Below are positions 36,227-44,783 of a stretch of 57,467 bases of DNA, piece by piece (positions within the stretch are counted from its first letter, which is position 1; each line of letters starts with the position of its first letter). A program made the translations under genes and the position numbers. The notes below the pieces were generated by a model, which saw nothing but the letters and a program-made list of their open reading frames with translations, was not told the DNA's origin and ran no database searches. Source of the stretch: a bacterium (GTDB lineage Bacteria; Margulisbacteria; Marinamargulisbacteria; GCA-2716485; GCA-002719695). The stretch covers positions 1 through 57,467 of the forward strand of contig PBEQ01000016.1 in assembly GCA_002719695.1 (NCBI GenBank). Reading direction: 5' to 3'.

Positions 36227-37764
36227 TAGAGTAGTGGGCTATTTTTTTGTTGTGTAATCCAATAGGGATATTTTCTTTGGTTATTAGTAGGATTAATAAA
36301 ATGACTTCCCAGTGATTCGGTTCGATGAAGTGATGCTGTAATAATTAATTGTGCTAATTGAGCATATTGAAAGGATCTCATTGGTTGTGACTTAGTTTGA
36401 AGCGACTCTAAATAGTGTTCAATTGACTGCAGGCTCTTTGTTAATGTTGATGTGTTTCTAATAATTCCACAGGTTGACCATAGTAGTGATTGAACCATTG
36501 TTAATGTTTCTTCAGCATTTTTATTATAGTGAGTGTATGGCACTGGCATTATGGTTGAAGAGGGCGATTCATATGTATGGTGATTGTCTTTGATATGATC
36601 TGCTGCGCGCTTTGCAAATACAAGTCCATCTAATAACGAGTTAGAGGCTAGTCGATTGGCTCCATGAACGCCATTGCAAGCAACTTCTCCAATTGCGTAA
36701 AGTTGCTTGACGGATGTTAGGCTATCTTTATTGGTTAATATACCACCCATCATGTAATGAGCTGTTGGAGATACTGGAATTAGGTCATTTGATAACGATA
36801 GGTTTTGTAACGAAATAATGGTTTCGATAGTTGGAAATTTTTCTTTGATCATGGCTCCTAAATGTCGGCAATCTAGGAAAACTTCATTTCCTTTTTGGAG
36901 TTGATCGAAAATACCTCGTGAGACAATATCTCTCGGAGCAAGTTCTTTTTCAGGATGGTAGTGATGCATGAATTCATCACCGTGATGATTTTTGAGCTTA
37001 GCGCCTTCTCCTCGAATCGCTTCTGAAAGTAAAAAATAGGTGGTCAGGTTATGATTAGTGCAGATACTTGTAGGGTGAAATTGCATAAATTCAATATCAA
37101 TTAGTTGACACCCTGCATCATAGCCTAGCAATAAACCATCACCTGTTGCAATTTGAGGGTTTGATGTATGTTTAAATAACTGACCAATCCCTCCTGTAGT
37201 AAGACAGGTGACGATACTTTTAATGGATATAACAGACTTTTTTTCGGATAATGCAACACAGCCATAACAGGTGTTATCAAGCGTGTTTAACTTAATCACC
37301 TGGCTGTTTTCAAGCAAGGTGATGTTTTTAGCTTCTCGTACTTTTTTACTCAGGTAGGTGATGATATGATTGCCTGTTTGGTCTTTGTTGTGAAGAACTC
37401 GTGGAATAGAGTGAGCTGCTTCTTGAACAAAATCTAGGAGATGATACTTTTTATCAAATTCTAATCCTTCATCAAGCAGTTCTTGGAGGATAGCTGGTCC
37501 TTCTTTTGTTAGTAACTCCACAATAGCTGGGTTGTTATGAAAACACCCTGCTTTCATGGTATCTTCGAAATGTTTTTTGGGGCTGTCTTCTTTATTTAAC
37601 GCCACTGCAATACCCCCTTGAGCATAGCGAGTGTTACTTTCTGTGAGTAATGCTTTTGTTATAATAGTAACGTTAGCAAAATGACTGCATTTTAATGCAG
37701 TCACTAATCCTGCAATTCCTGAACCAATGATTAAAATATCGGTGGTGTATTCTTGTTGAGCCAT
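36160..37764 (-). CDS. nadB: L-aspartate oxidase
   Basis: 534 aa. FAD motif IIGSGIAGL and GANRLASNSLLDG; succinate dehydrogenase/fumarate reductase flavoprotein-like layout. Confidence 0.92.
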   Translation of the reverse strand: MAQQEYTTDILIIGSGIAGLVTALKCSHFANVTIITKALLTESNTRYAQGGIAVALNKEDSPKKHFEDTMKAGCFHNNPAIVELLTKEGPAILQELLDEGLEFDKKYHLLDFVQEAAHSIPRVLHNKDQTGNHIITYLSKKVREAKNITLLENSQVIKLNTLDNTCYGCVALSEKKSVISIKSIVTCLTTGGIGQLFKHTSNPQIATGDGLLLGYDAGCQLIDIEFMQFHPTSICTNHNLTTYFLLSEAIRGEGAKLKNHHGDEFMHHYHPEKELAPRDIVSRGIFDQLQKGNEVFLDCRHLGAMIKEKFPTIETIISLQNLSLSNDLIPVSPTAHYMMGGILTNKDSLTSVKQLYAIGEVACNGVHGANRLASNSLLDGLVFAKRAADHIKDNHHTYESPSSTIMPVPYTHYNKNAEETLTMVQSLLWSTCGIIRNTSTLTKSLQSIEHYLESLQTKSQPMRSFQYAQLAQLIITASLHRTESLGSHFINPTNNQRKYPYWITQQKNSPLLYHDSFPSPCSNNVSLSSASKSF

Positions 37765-37864
37765 ACCTAATAGTAAAAAGCTTTGGTGTCTAAATCAAGA
37801 TTTTAGTTGTAGATCTTATTGATTATTATTCACAATTAAATATTATTTTTGTACAATTTTTGTC

Positions 37865-38170
37865 GTGAAACTTTTTTTATTAAAAAATAGTAACTATATA
37901 ATTACCCTGTTTTTTTTAGCTATTTTTCTTTTTATTTTAGTTGGAGTAGCGTTTCATCATCATGATGAACATGAAGCTGATTTTCATACATCAGCTGCTT
38001 GTGAGTTATGTTTGAATCAAGGTAATAGTTTTGCGATTTTTCCAATAATTTATGTTGGTATTCTTTTTTTTCTGTTAGCAATTCGACTTTGTGATGCTAT
38101 TTCTTTGTTACGATTTTGGGTATCATTTTTTCGAAGCTCTCGATCGCCTCCTTGTTTTATTTTAGATTAG
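37865..38170 (+). CDS. Small membrane protein with His/acid-rich and CxxC motifs (putative metal-related)
   Basis: GTG start, 101 aa, 2-3 TM helices. Motifs FHHHDEHEADFH and CELC. First gene of the metal-uptake cluster. Confidence 0.45.
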   Translation: MKLFLLKNSNYIITLFFLAIFLFILVGVAFHHHDEHEADFHTSAACELCLNQGNSFAIFPIIYVGILFFLLAIRLCDAISLLRFWVSFFRSSRSPPCFILD

Positions 38171-38219
38171 CTATAGTATCGATCTAAGTAATTTAGATCA
38201 AAAAATTAAGGAGATTATT

Positions 38220-39287
38220 ATGAAAAAATTAATGTTAGTTAGTACGCTGTTATTAACGTTATCAGCTAGTATTGTTGCACAATCAGATGCACCTACTAAT
38301 TTACCTAATTTTTCCGTTATCGGTAATTTTTTAGGGACACATACAGAAACAAGTTCTTCATTTGATGTTAAAGAACTTGAAATATCGTATCAACATTATC
38401 TATATCCTTCTGTGAAAGTAGATGTTTTTACTGCGTTTCATAAAGAAGATTCAGGTGAGGTTGCTATTGGTTTAGAAGAAGCTTACGCAACCTTTTCTGA
38501 TGTTTTAGGCGTTGCTTTTCCTAATTATATGTCCCAAATAGGTTTAGGTGCTATTGTTGGTAAAAAGCGGGTTGGATTTGGAAAGTTAAATACCTTGCAT
38601 CCAGAGCAATGGTTATATGTTGATAGACCTCTGGCAACGCAATATTTAGTTGGTGGTTCAGAAGGTTTAGCTGCTGAAGGTGGCCAATTAAATTATTTAC
38701 TGCCATTACCATTTTTTTCTCAACTCGAAGCCGGTTTATGGACTGTCGCAGCTCATCATGATGAGGCTGGTGGTCACTCTCATTTTGGTGTTGAGTATGA
38801 AAATCGTTTGTTTAATACACGGTTATGGAATGGATTTGGATTATCAGATCAGCAAGAACTTGAGTTTGGTTTAAATTATCTTATTGGAAATGTAACAGCA
38901 GATGAAGCAAATGATAAAGTAGATATTTTAGGAATAGATTTCACGTATAGTACAGATTTACTACTTGATAGATTTTTGTTATTAAAAGCTGAAGCGTATC
39001 AAGCAACTTATGGAGACGAAGGATCCGAACGTGAAAATCAATTAGGAGGCTTTTTATTAGCAAACTATAAGTTAAATAGTTACTATCAAACAGGTTTTCG
39101 TTATAGTTTATTAGGAAAGCATGGTGATGAAGGATCATCTCAATCTCAATTATCATTTATGATAACAAGACAGTTAACAGAAACATCTAAATTTAGATTA
39201 CAATATAATTCTAATGAGAATTCTGATGATATGATTGCTGCACAATTTGTTTTTGGAATAGGACCTCATTCTCATGTTTTACAATAA
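38220..39287 (+). CDS. Outer-membrane beta-barrel-like protein with His-rich loop
   Basis: 355 aa with an AAGGAG RBS. Signal peptide, beta-strand-rich, loop AAHHDEAGGHSHFG, C-terminus AAQFVFGIGPHSHVLQ. Confidence 0.6.
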   Translation: MKKLMLVSTLLLTLSASIVAQSDAPTNLPNFSVIGNFLGTHTETSSSFDVKELEISYQHYLYPSVKVDVFTAFHKEDSGEVAIGLEEAYATFSDVLGVAFPNYMSQIGLGAIVGKKRVGFGKLNTLHPEQWLYVDRPLATQYLVGGSEGLAAEGGQLNYLLPLPFFSQLEAGLWTVAAHHDEAGGHSHFGVEYENRLFNTRLWNGFGLSDQQELEFGLNYLIGNVTADEANDKVDILGIDFTYSTDLLLDRFLLLKAEAYQATYGDEGSERENQLGGFLLANYKLNSYYQTGFRYSLLGKHGDEGSSQSQLSFMITRQLTETSKFRLQYNSNENSDDMIAAQFVFGIGPHSHVLQ

Positions 39288-40173
39288 TCTCATAACATTT
39301 GTAGCATTATTATTATTTTTTACAGGAGCTTTAAATGCAGCTCCTGTAAAGGTTGTTGCTATTTCTGAAGACTTTGCTTCTATTGCAAAGTCTATTGGAA
39401 AAGAACATGTTGCAGTTAAATCTTTGGTGTTAGGAAGTCGTAATTTGCATAGTATTAATCCTAAGCCTTCGATGGTTATGATGTTAAAAAGTGCTGATTT
39501 ATTGATTCGTTTAGGTATGTCTCAGGATAAATGGATTGATGGGCTTATTTATGTGGCTAGAAATCCAAATTTATTTCCTGGCAAGCAAGGTTATCTAGAT
39601 GCATCTGATAATATCGAAAAGTTAGAAGTTCCCCAAGGGAATATCGACGGAAGTATGGGTGATGTACATCTTCACGGAAATCCACATTATTGGTTAAATC
39701 CTAAAAATGGAATCGTTATTGCAGAGCAAATAAAGCAAGCATTAACGACTCTTGATCCAGAGAATGCTAGCGATTATGAAGCAAATTTCTTTGAATTTTC
39801 TGAGACGTTAGGCGAGAAGATTAAGGTTTGGAAACAAGCTTTGCAGGGCTATCAAAATCATAATTTTGTTACGTATCATAAGGCATGGTCTTATTTTTTT
39901 GATGGGTTTAATTTGAATATGGCTGGAGAGTTAGAGCCACTTCCAGGAATAGCGCCTACTACGAGACACCTTGTAAATTTAGGTCGAAAATTAAAAGAAT
40001 CTAATTCGCCAACAGTGGTCATGTCAACTATCTTTTATCCTAAAAATGTGAGTCAATCATTTGCTAAAAAACAAAATGCAAAATTTGTTTTTGTTTCAAC
40101 CAGTGTCGGTTCTGATGGTGTAACATCGTATATGGGATTATTTGATTATTTAGTTAAGGAAGTCACTCAGTGA
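39274..40173 (+). CDS. Periplasmic metal-binding protein, cluster-9 (ZnuA/TroA family)
   Basis: 299 aa with a signal peptide. Motifs DVHLHGNPHYWLNP and VTYHKAWSYF. No long His-rich loop. Confidence 0.85.
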   Translation: MFYNNLITFVALLLFFTGALNAAPVKVVAISEDFASIAKSIGKEHVAVKSLVLGSRNLHSINPKPSMVMMLKSADLLIRLGMSQDKWIDGLIYVARNPNLFPGKQGYLDASDNIEKLEVPQGNIDGSMGDVHLHGNPHYWLNPKNGIVIAEQIKQALTTLDPENASDYEANFFEFSETLGEKIKVWKQALQGYQNHNFVTYHKAWSYFFDGFNLNMAGELEPLPGIAPTTRHLVNLGRKLKESNSPTVVMSTIFYPKNVSQSFAKKQNAKFVFVSTSVGSDGVTSYMGLFDYLVKEVTQ

Positions 40174-40964
40174 TATCAATTTTATTAATTCCACTAGCTT
40201 TGTGTTTGATATTAGTGCTCATTCATGTTTTTTTTGGTGTGCATATTTTAAGGCGTGGAATTTTATTTATTGATTTAGCTTTGGCACAATGGGCTGCTTT
40301 TGGCTATTTAGTTGGATATGCTTATCATGTTGAAAACCCACTAATGCTACTGTTATGTGGGTTTTCAGCAACTATTGTTGCTGCTTTAATCTTGGCTATT
40401 ATTAAGCCTTTATTTGCTGCTATTAATTTACAGGAAGCTATAATTGGGGTTATGTATATTTTAGCAGCGGCAGCCGCTATGGCGTTTATATCCAGTATGG
40501 GTTTAGAGGTTCATCATTTAAAATCAATGTTTACAGGGCATTTGTTATTTGTTCAATTAAATGATTTATTACTAACCATGTTTTTATATACTGGTGTTGG
40601 CTTTATTTGCTTTATTTTTTACAATCGCTTATTTAGAAGCCAATCACAATTATCTGATTTTTTATTTTATACTTTATTTGGGTTAGTTGTAACGTCATCT
40701 GTTAAATTAGTGGGTCTGCTTCTTGTATTTTCTTTTTTAGTGATACCTGTTTTAAGTGTTTTTTTATTTGTTAAATCAATAAAAATGCAAACCTTATTAG
40801 GGTGGGGAATTGGTGTTATTGCTTCATGTTTGGGATTGTTGTTGTCTATTGTTTTCGATATTCCGCCTAGTCTTTGTGTTATTTTGGTATTGTGCGGAAT
40901 GCTTGTTTTAGGGATTTGTGCTTTTTTGAGTTTGAAACGCCTTGGAAAATTAACTGAAATTTAA
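40170..40964 (+). CDS. ABC-3 family metal transporter permease (ZnuB/MntB-like)
   Basis: 264 aa. GTG start in a GTGA overlap with the binding-protein gene. 8-9 TM helices. Confidence 0.85.
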   Translation: MISILLIPLALCLILVLIHVFFGVHILRRGILFIDLALAQWAAFGYLVGYAYHVENPLMLLLCGFSATIVAALILAIIKPLFAAINLQEAIIGVMYILAAAAAMAFISSMGLEVHHLKSMFTGHLLFVQLNDLLLTMFLYTGVGFICFIFYNRLFRSQSQLSDFLFYTLFGLVVTSSVKLVGLLLVFSFLVIPVLSVFLFVKSIKMQTLLGWGIGVIASCLGLLLSIVFDIPPSLCVILVLCGMLVLGICAFLSLKRLGKLTEI

Positions 40965-40990
40965 ATAGTGTTTGAAACTATTTTTATTAA
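40963..40990 (+). terminator. Weak intrinsic-terminator-like hairpin after the permease gene
   Basis: AAATAGT-gtttgaa-ACTATTT followed by a T-rich stretch. The stem is almost entirely A-T. Confidence 0.3.
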
Positions 40991-41046
40991 AATTTTAATG
41001 GTTTAAAAAAGGGTAATATTAAATTTGTTTGTCTTGTTTGATCGGT

Positions 41047-41601
41047 TTATGTGGCGGATTGTGATAAAGCCAGTAAAGTATAAGCAGTTTCTATTTTTGT
41101 TTGTTTATTAATGTTTTTTGCTAAATCTTTAATTATACAAAAGTGGTAAAGCGCTTTTAATTCCTCAGAATTAAGCATAATTTTTAAATTTTCTGGGGGA
41201 TTAGGATGTTGATTTGTAAATAATTCAAACAAATTTTTTAGTTTATTTATTTCATCTCGTGTGTATAAAGAAAGGTATTTTTGACAAAATAGTCTATAGG
41301 TGAGTGTTTCTTTTTTATTACTTGTATTTTGTATTACACTCTGAAATTCAGGGGTGATTTTACGAAGTAATGCTACTATTTTAACTTCTAAATTTGTTTC
41401 AAAGAGATTGGGATACTTCTCTTTATTCATTTTTAAAATCTTTAACAAATTGCATAAGGCATCATCTTTAAAAAGTTCTTCTGCGATGGCTACTGGATCT
41501 TTTTTAAGCAGCGTTGCAAGCTTGTTACTGACAGAATTGTCATAATAGCTTTCTGACGGATTTGATATTTGTGGGGGGGGTGGGGATGGTTGTGGAGACA
41601 T
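41047..41601 (-). CDS. Hypothetical protein with Pro-rich N-terminus
   Basis: 184 aa. MSPQPSPPPPQ is encoded by a C4-A-C8 run. No motif recognised. Confidence 0.5.
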   Translation of the reverse strand: MSPQPSPPPPQISNPSESYYDNSVSNKLATLLKKDPVAIAEELFKDDALCNLLKILKMNKEKYPNLFETNLEVKIVALLRKITPEFQSVIQNTSNKKETLTYRLFCQKYLSLYTRDEINKLKNLFELFTNQHPNPPENLKIMLNSEELKALYHFCIIKDLAKNINKQTKIETAYTLLALSQSAT

Positions 41602-41890
41602 TGCTATACATGTAATGGTCCTTGATAATTTTATAAGTCTTTATATTTAAAAAAAATATAAAGATTTTTTGATTAAGACATTAATATTTTTCTAATAAAA
41701 AGTATTATATTAAGTCTTTTTTTGTTAATTATCAATTAATATTATTTTTTATTTTCTTTAAAATCAATGTTTTTTTATGGTTTTTGCTAATGTTAGATTA
41801 TTAGAGAAATAGTATACTTAAAAGTACTAGGGTTTTATTTTAAATCTAAGGTTTATTATGGTCTATTTTGAAATCCTTGTTTAAACTATA

Positions 41891-44311
41891 ATGTCTATGG
41901 AATATAAACCATTATCATTTGAAGAGTCATTAGTTAATCAGTGGGATACAGAGTTACTTTATGCTTGTGATGATAATTCTGAAAAAGACCCTTATTATGT
42001 ATTGGAGATGTTTCCCTATCCTTCGGGACACTTACATATGGGGCATGTGCGAAATTATGTGATAGGAGATGCCTTAGCTCGGTTTAAACGGATGCAGGGA
42101 TTTAATGTGTTGTATCCTATGGGATTTGATAGTTTTGGATTGCCAGCAGAAAATGCGGCTATTAAACATGGTATTAACCCCAAAGAATGGACACAAAAAA
42201 ATGTTGAGCACATGATTATCCAGTTAAAACGTTTGGGTTTGGGCTATGATTGGTCACGAACATTATCTACGTTTAATGATGATTATTATCGTTGGAATCA
42301 ATGGTTATTTTTAACATTTTATGAAAAGGGGTTGGTATATCGTAAAAAAGGGTGGGTAAATTGGGATCCGGTAGATCAAACGGTATTAGCGAATGAACAA
42401 GTTATAGATGGTAAGGGCTGGCGCTCCGGTGCTGTCGTTGAAAAGAAAGAAATTGATCAATGGTATCTTAAAATTACGGACTATGCTCAGGAATTATTAG
42501 ATGATTTGGATTCGTTAACAGATTGGCCGGATCGCGTTAAGTTAATGCAAAAAAATTGGATTGGTAAAAGTGTTGGTACTGAAATTGATTTTGAGTTGGT
42601 TGATGATTCTGGAAATCATCTTGAAACCGTTACTGTATTTACGACACGCCCTGATACATTATATGGGGCAACCTATGTATCCATTGCTTGTGAGCATCCC
42701 TTAGTTTCAACCTTACTTAAGCAGGCATCTGATCCTGATGAAATTAAATCATTTATTGCTAAAACTATGGCATCTAATCAAGTAGATCGCTCGGATGCAA
42801 CCAAGCCTAAAACAGGGAAATGGCTTGGTGTTTATGCGGTTAATCCGGTAAATCAAGATAAAATTCCGTTGTATATAGCTGATTATGTATTAATGGATTA
42901 TGGTACGGGCGTTGTAATGGCTGTTCCGGCGCATGATAGCCGAGATTATGATTTTGCTACCGCACATAATTTACCGATTCGTGTTGTTATTACCCAAGAT
43001 AATTCTCAAGATGTTGAGCCAATTACAGCCGCATTTACAGGGCAGGGGAGATTAATTGATTCTCAGCAATTTACAGGGTTACATAGTGAAAAAGCTAAGG
43101 ATGCGATTACAGATTATCTTATTTCATTAAGTAAAGGACGTCGAAAAGAACAATTTCGGTTACGAGACTGGTTAATTTCAAGGCAACGTTATTGGGGGAC
43201 GCCAATTCCAATGATGTATGATGATGAAAATAATCCTGTGCCTGTATCTAAAGAGCAGTTACCAGTACGATTGCCAGAAGATGTTCAGTTTGATGGTAAG
43301 GGTAACCCTTTAGCATATTCAGAGACCTTTATGAATGTTACAGAAAATGGAAAAAACTATCGTCGTGAAACGGATACCATGGACACCTTTTTTGATTCTT
43401 CTTGGTATTTTTTACGTTATTGCGATGCTACTAATACCATAAAACCGTTCGATGCTGAAAAAATTTCGTATTGGATGAATGTGGATCAGTATATTGGTGG
43501 GATAGAACATGCCGTTTTACATTTGTTGTATGCGCGATTTTTTGTTAAAGCATGTAGAGATTGTGGTTTATTAACCATCAATGAACCCTTTAAACGTTTG
43601 TTATGCCAAGGAATGGTTTTAAAAGATGGTGCAAAAATGTCAAAGTCTTTAGGTAATACGGTAGATCCAAGTGCTATTATTAATCAGTATGGTGCTGATA
43701 CTGCGCGTATTTTTATTTTATTTGGAGCACCGGTTGAACGAGATTTAGAATATACAGAAACAGGTGTTGAGGGAGCGTTTCGTTTTTTAAAGCGTTTATT
43801 TTCTATGACTATTGATTATGGGTCATATTCAGTTCATCCTGATAAAGTAGCTGAGTTAAATAAAGTCTGTCATAAAACCATTAAGGCGGTTACGGATGAT
43901 TTAGCGCGCTTTAGTTTTAATACTGCCATTAGTCGTATTATGGAATTACTTAATACAATGTATTCTATAGGGACAACAAAAGAGGTTGTATTAATTTGTC
44001 TGAAATTATTAGCTCCTCTTGCTCCATTTATGACTGATTATGTGTGGCAACGTTTAGATCAAAATGGCTCTATTCATGCTCAAGCTTGGCCTGTGTGTGA
44101 TGAATCAGTGATTCAGGATGATGAAATTACGGTTGTTTGTCAGATTAATGGAAAAGTAAGAGATAAATTATTAATTGCTATTAATTCAGATCAAGCAACG
44201 GTAGAATCGGTAGCAAAGTCTTCTGAAAAAATTCAATTATATTTAGATTCAGGTACCTTACGTAAAACAATTTTTGTACCTAATAAATTAATTAATTTTG
44301 TCGTAACATAA
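41891..44311 (+). CDS. leuS: Leucine--tRNA ligase
   Basis: 806 aa. HIGH-type motif [17 protein letters not shown]1 editing insertion. Confidence 0.97.
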   Translation: MSMEYKPLSFEESLVNQWDTELLYACDDNSEKDPYYVLEMFPYPSGHLHMGHVRNYVIGDALARFKRMQGFNVLYPMGFDSFGLPAENAAIKHGINPKEWTQKNVEHMIIQLKRLGLGYDWSRTLSTFNDDYYRWNQWLFLTFYEKGLVYRKKGWVNWDPVDQTVLANEQVIDGKGWRSGAVVEKKEIDQWYLKITDYAQELLDDLDSLTDWPDRVKLMQKNWIGKSVGTEIDFELVDDSGNHLETVTVFTTRPDTLYGATYVSIACEHPLVSTLLKQASDPDEIKSFIAKTMASNQVDRSDATKPKTGKWLGVYAVNPVNQDKIPLYIADYVLMDYGTGVVMAVPAHDSRDYDFATAHNLPIRVVITQDNSQDVEPITAAFTGQGRLIDSQQFTGLHSEKAKDAITDYLISLSKGRRKEQFRLRDWLISRQRYWGTPIPMMYDDENNPVPVSKEQLPVRLPEDVQFDGKGNPLAYSETFMNVTENGKNYRRETDTMDTFFDSSWYFLRYCDATNTIKPFDAEKISYWMNVDQYIGGIEHAVLHLLYARFFVKACRDCGLLTINEPFKRLLCQGMVLKDGAKMSKSLGNTVDPSAIINQYGADTARIFILFGAPVERDLEYTETGVEGAFRFLKRLFSMTIDYGSYSVHPDKVAELNKVCHKTIKAVTDDLARFSFNTAISRIMELLNTMYSIGTTKEVVLICLKLLAPLAPFMTDYVWQRLDQNGSIHAQAWPVCDESVIQDDEITVVCQINGKVRDKLLIAINSDQATVESVAKSSEKIQLYLDSGTLRKTIFVPNKLINFVVT

Positions 44312-44373
44312 TAAAAATGTCACGTAAAACAATTTTTGTGACTAGTAAATTAATTAATTTTGTAGTGACATAG
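44261..44373 (+). repeat. Tandem duplication (62-nt period) of the last 51 nt of leuS
   Basis: 44261-44311 and 44323-44373 align without gaps. Copy 2 is preceded by an ATG (44317), giving an 18-codon mini-[21 protein letters not shown] that mirrors the LeuS C-terminus [16 protein letters not shown]. Confidence 0.85.
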
Positions 44374-44384
44374 TAAAGTATTTT

Positions 44385-44414
44385 TTATGAAATTTTTTTT
44401 AAAAAATTTCATAA
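44385..44414. repeat. Perfect 14-bp inverted repeat (possible bidirectional terminator)
   Basis: TTATGAAATTTTTT-tt-AAAAAATTTCATAA. Nearly all A-T. Lies downstream of leuS. Confidence 0.4.
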
Positions 44415-44783
44415 TTAATGTAGATGTTATTTGTAGCATATAGTAATATTTAGGAAATAGTAAATAATTTTTTTCAAATTTTTATAGGTATTTTAAGTAT
44501 TGTAATTCTTGTCGGTTGTTCTTCTTTTCAAGATGACCAAGAAGATTCAGTTGTAGCTGTTGTAACATCATCTTCTGGTTCTAGTAATGTCCAGGAAGAA
44601 ACCCCATCAGCTAGTATGACGGAAGAAACCCCATAAGCTAGTTTTACGCAAGATTAATTTGAAGATTGGTAAAGCAATAATCATTAAAATCTAGTAAAAG
44701 AGAGATAACTGTACATGGAGTTTAGTATTTAGAATCTTTTTTCTAGGATACTATTTTTTGTGTCCTATAGAGATATTAGCTAA

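Noticed and set aside
37800-37864. Fur/Zur-box-like ATTATT hexamers upstream of the metal-uptake cluster
   Set aside because: There are only two NATWAT-like hexamers and no dyad symmetry. This cannot be distinguished from the background AT-rich sequence.
41638-41664. Hairpin TCTTTATAT-N9-ATATAAAGA followed by a T-run as a terminator
   Set aside because: It lies in a divergent promoter region, with no upstream gene on that strand to terminate, and the stem is almost all A-T.
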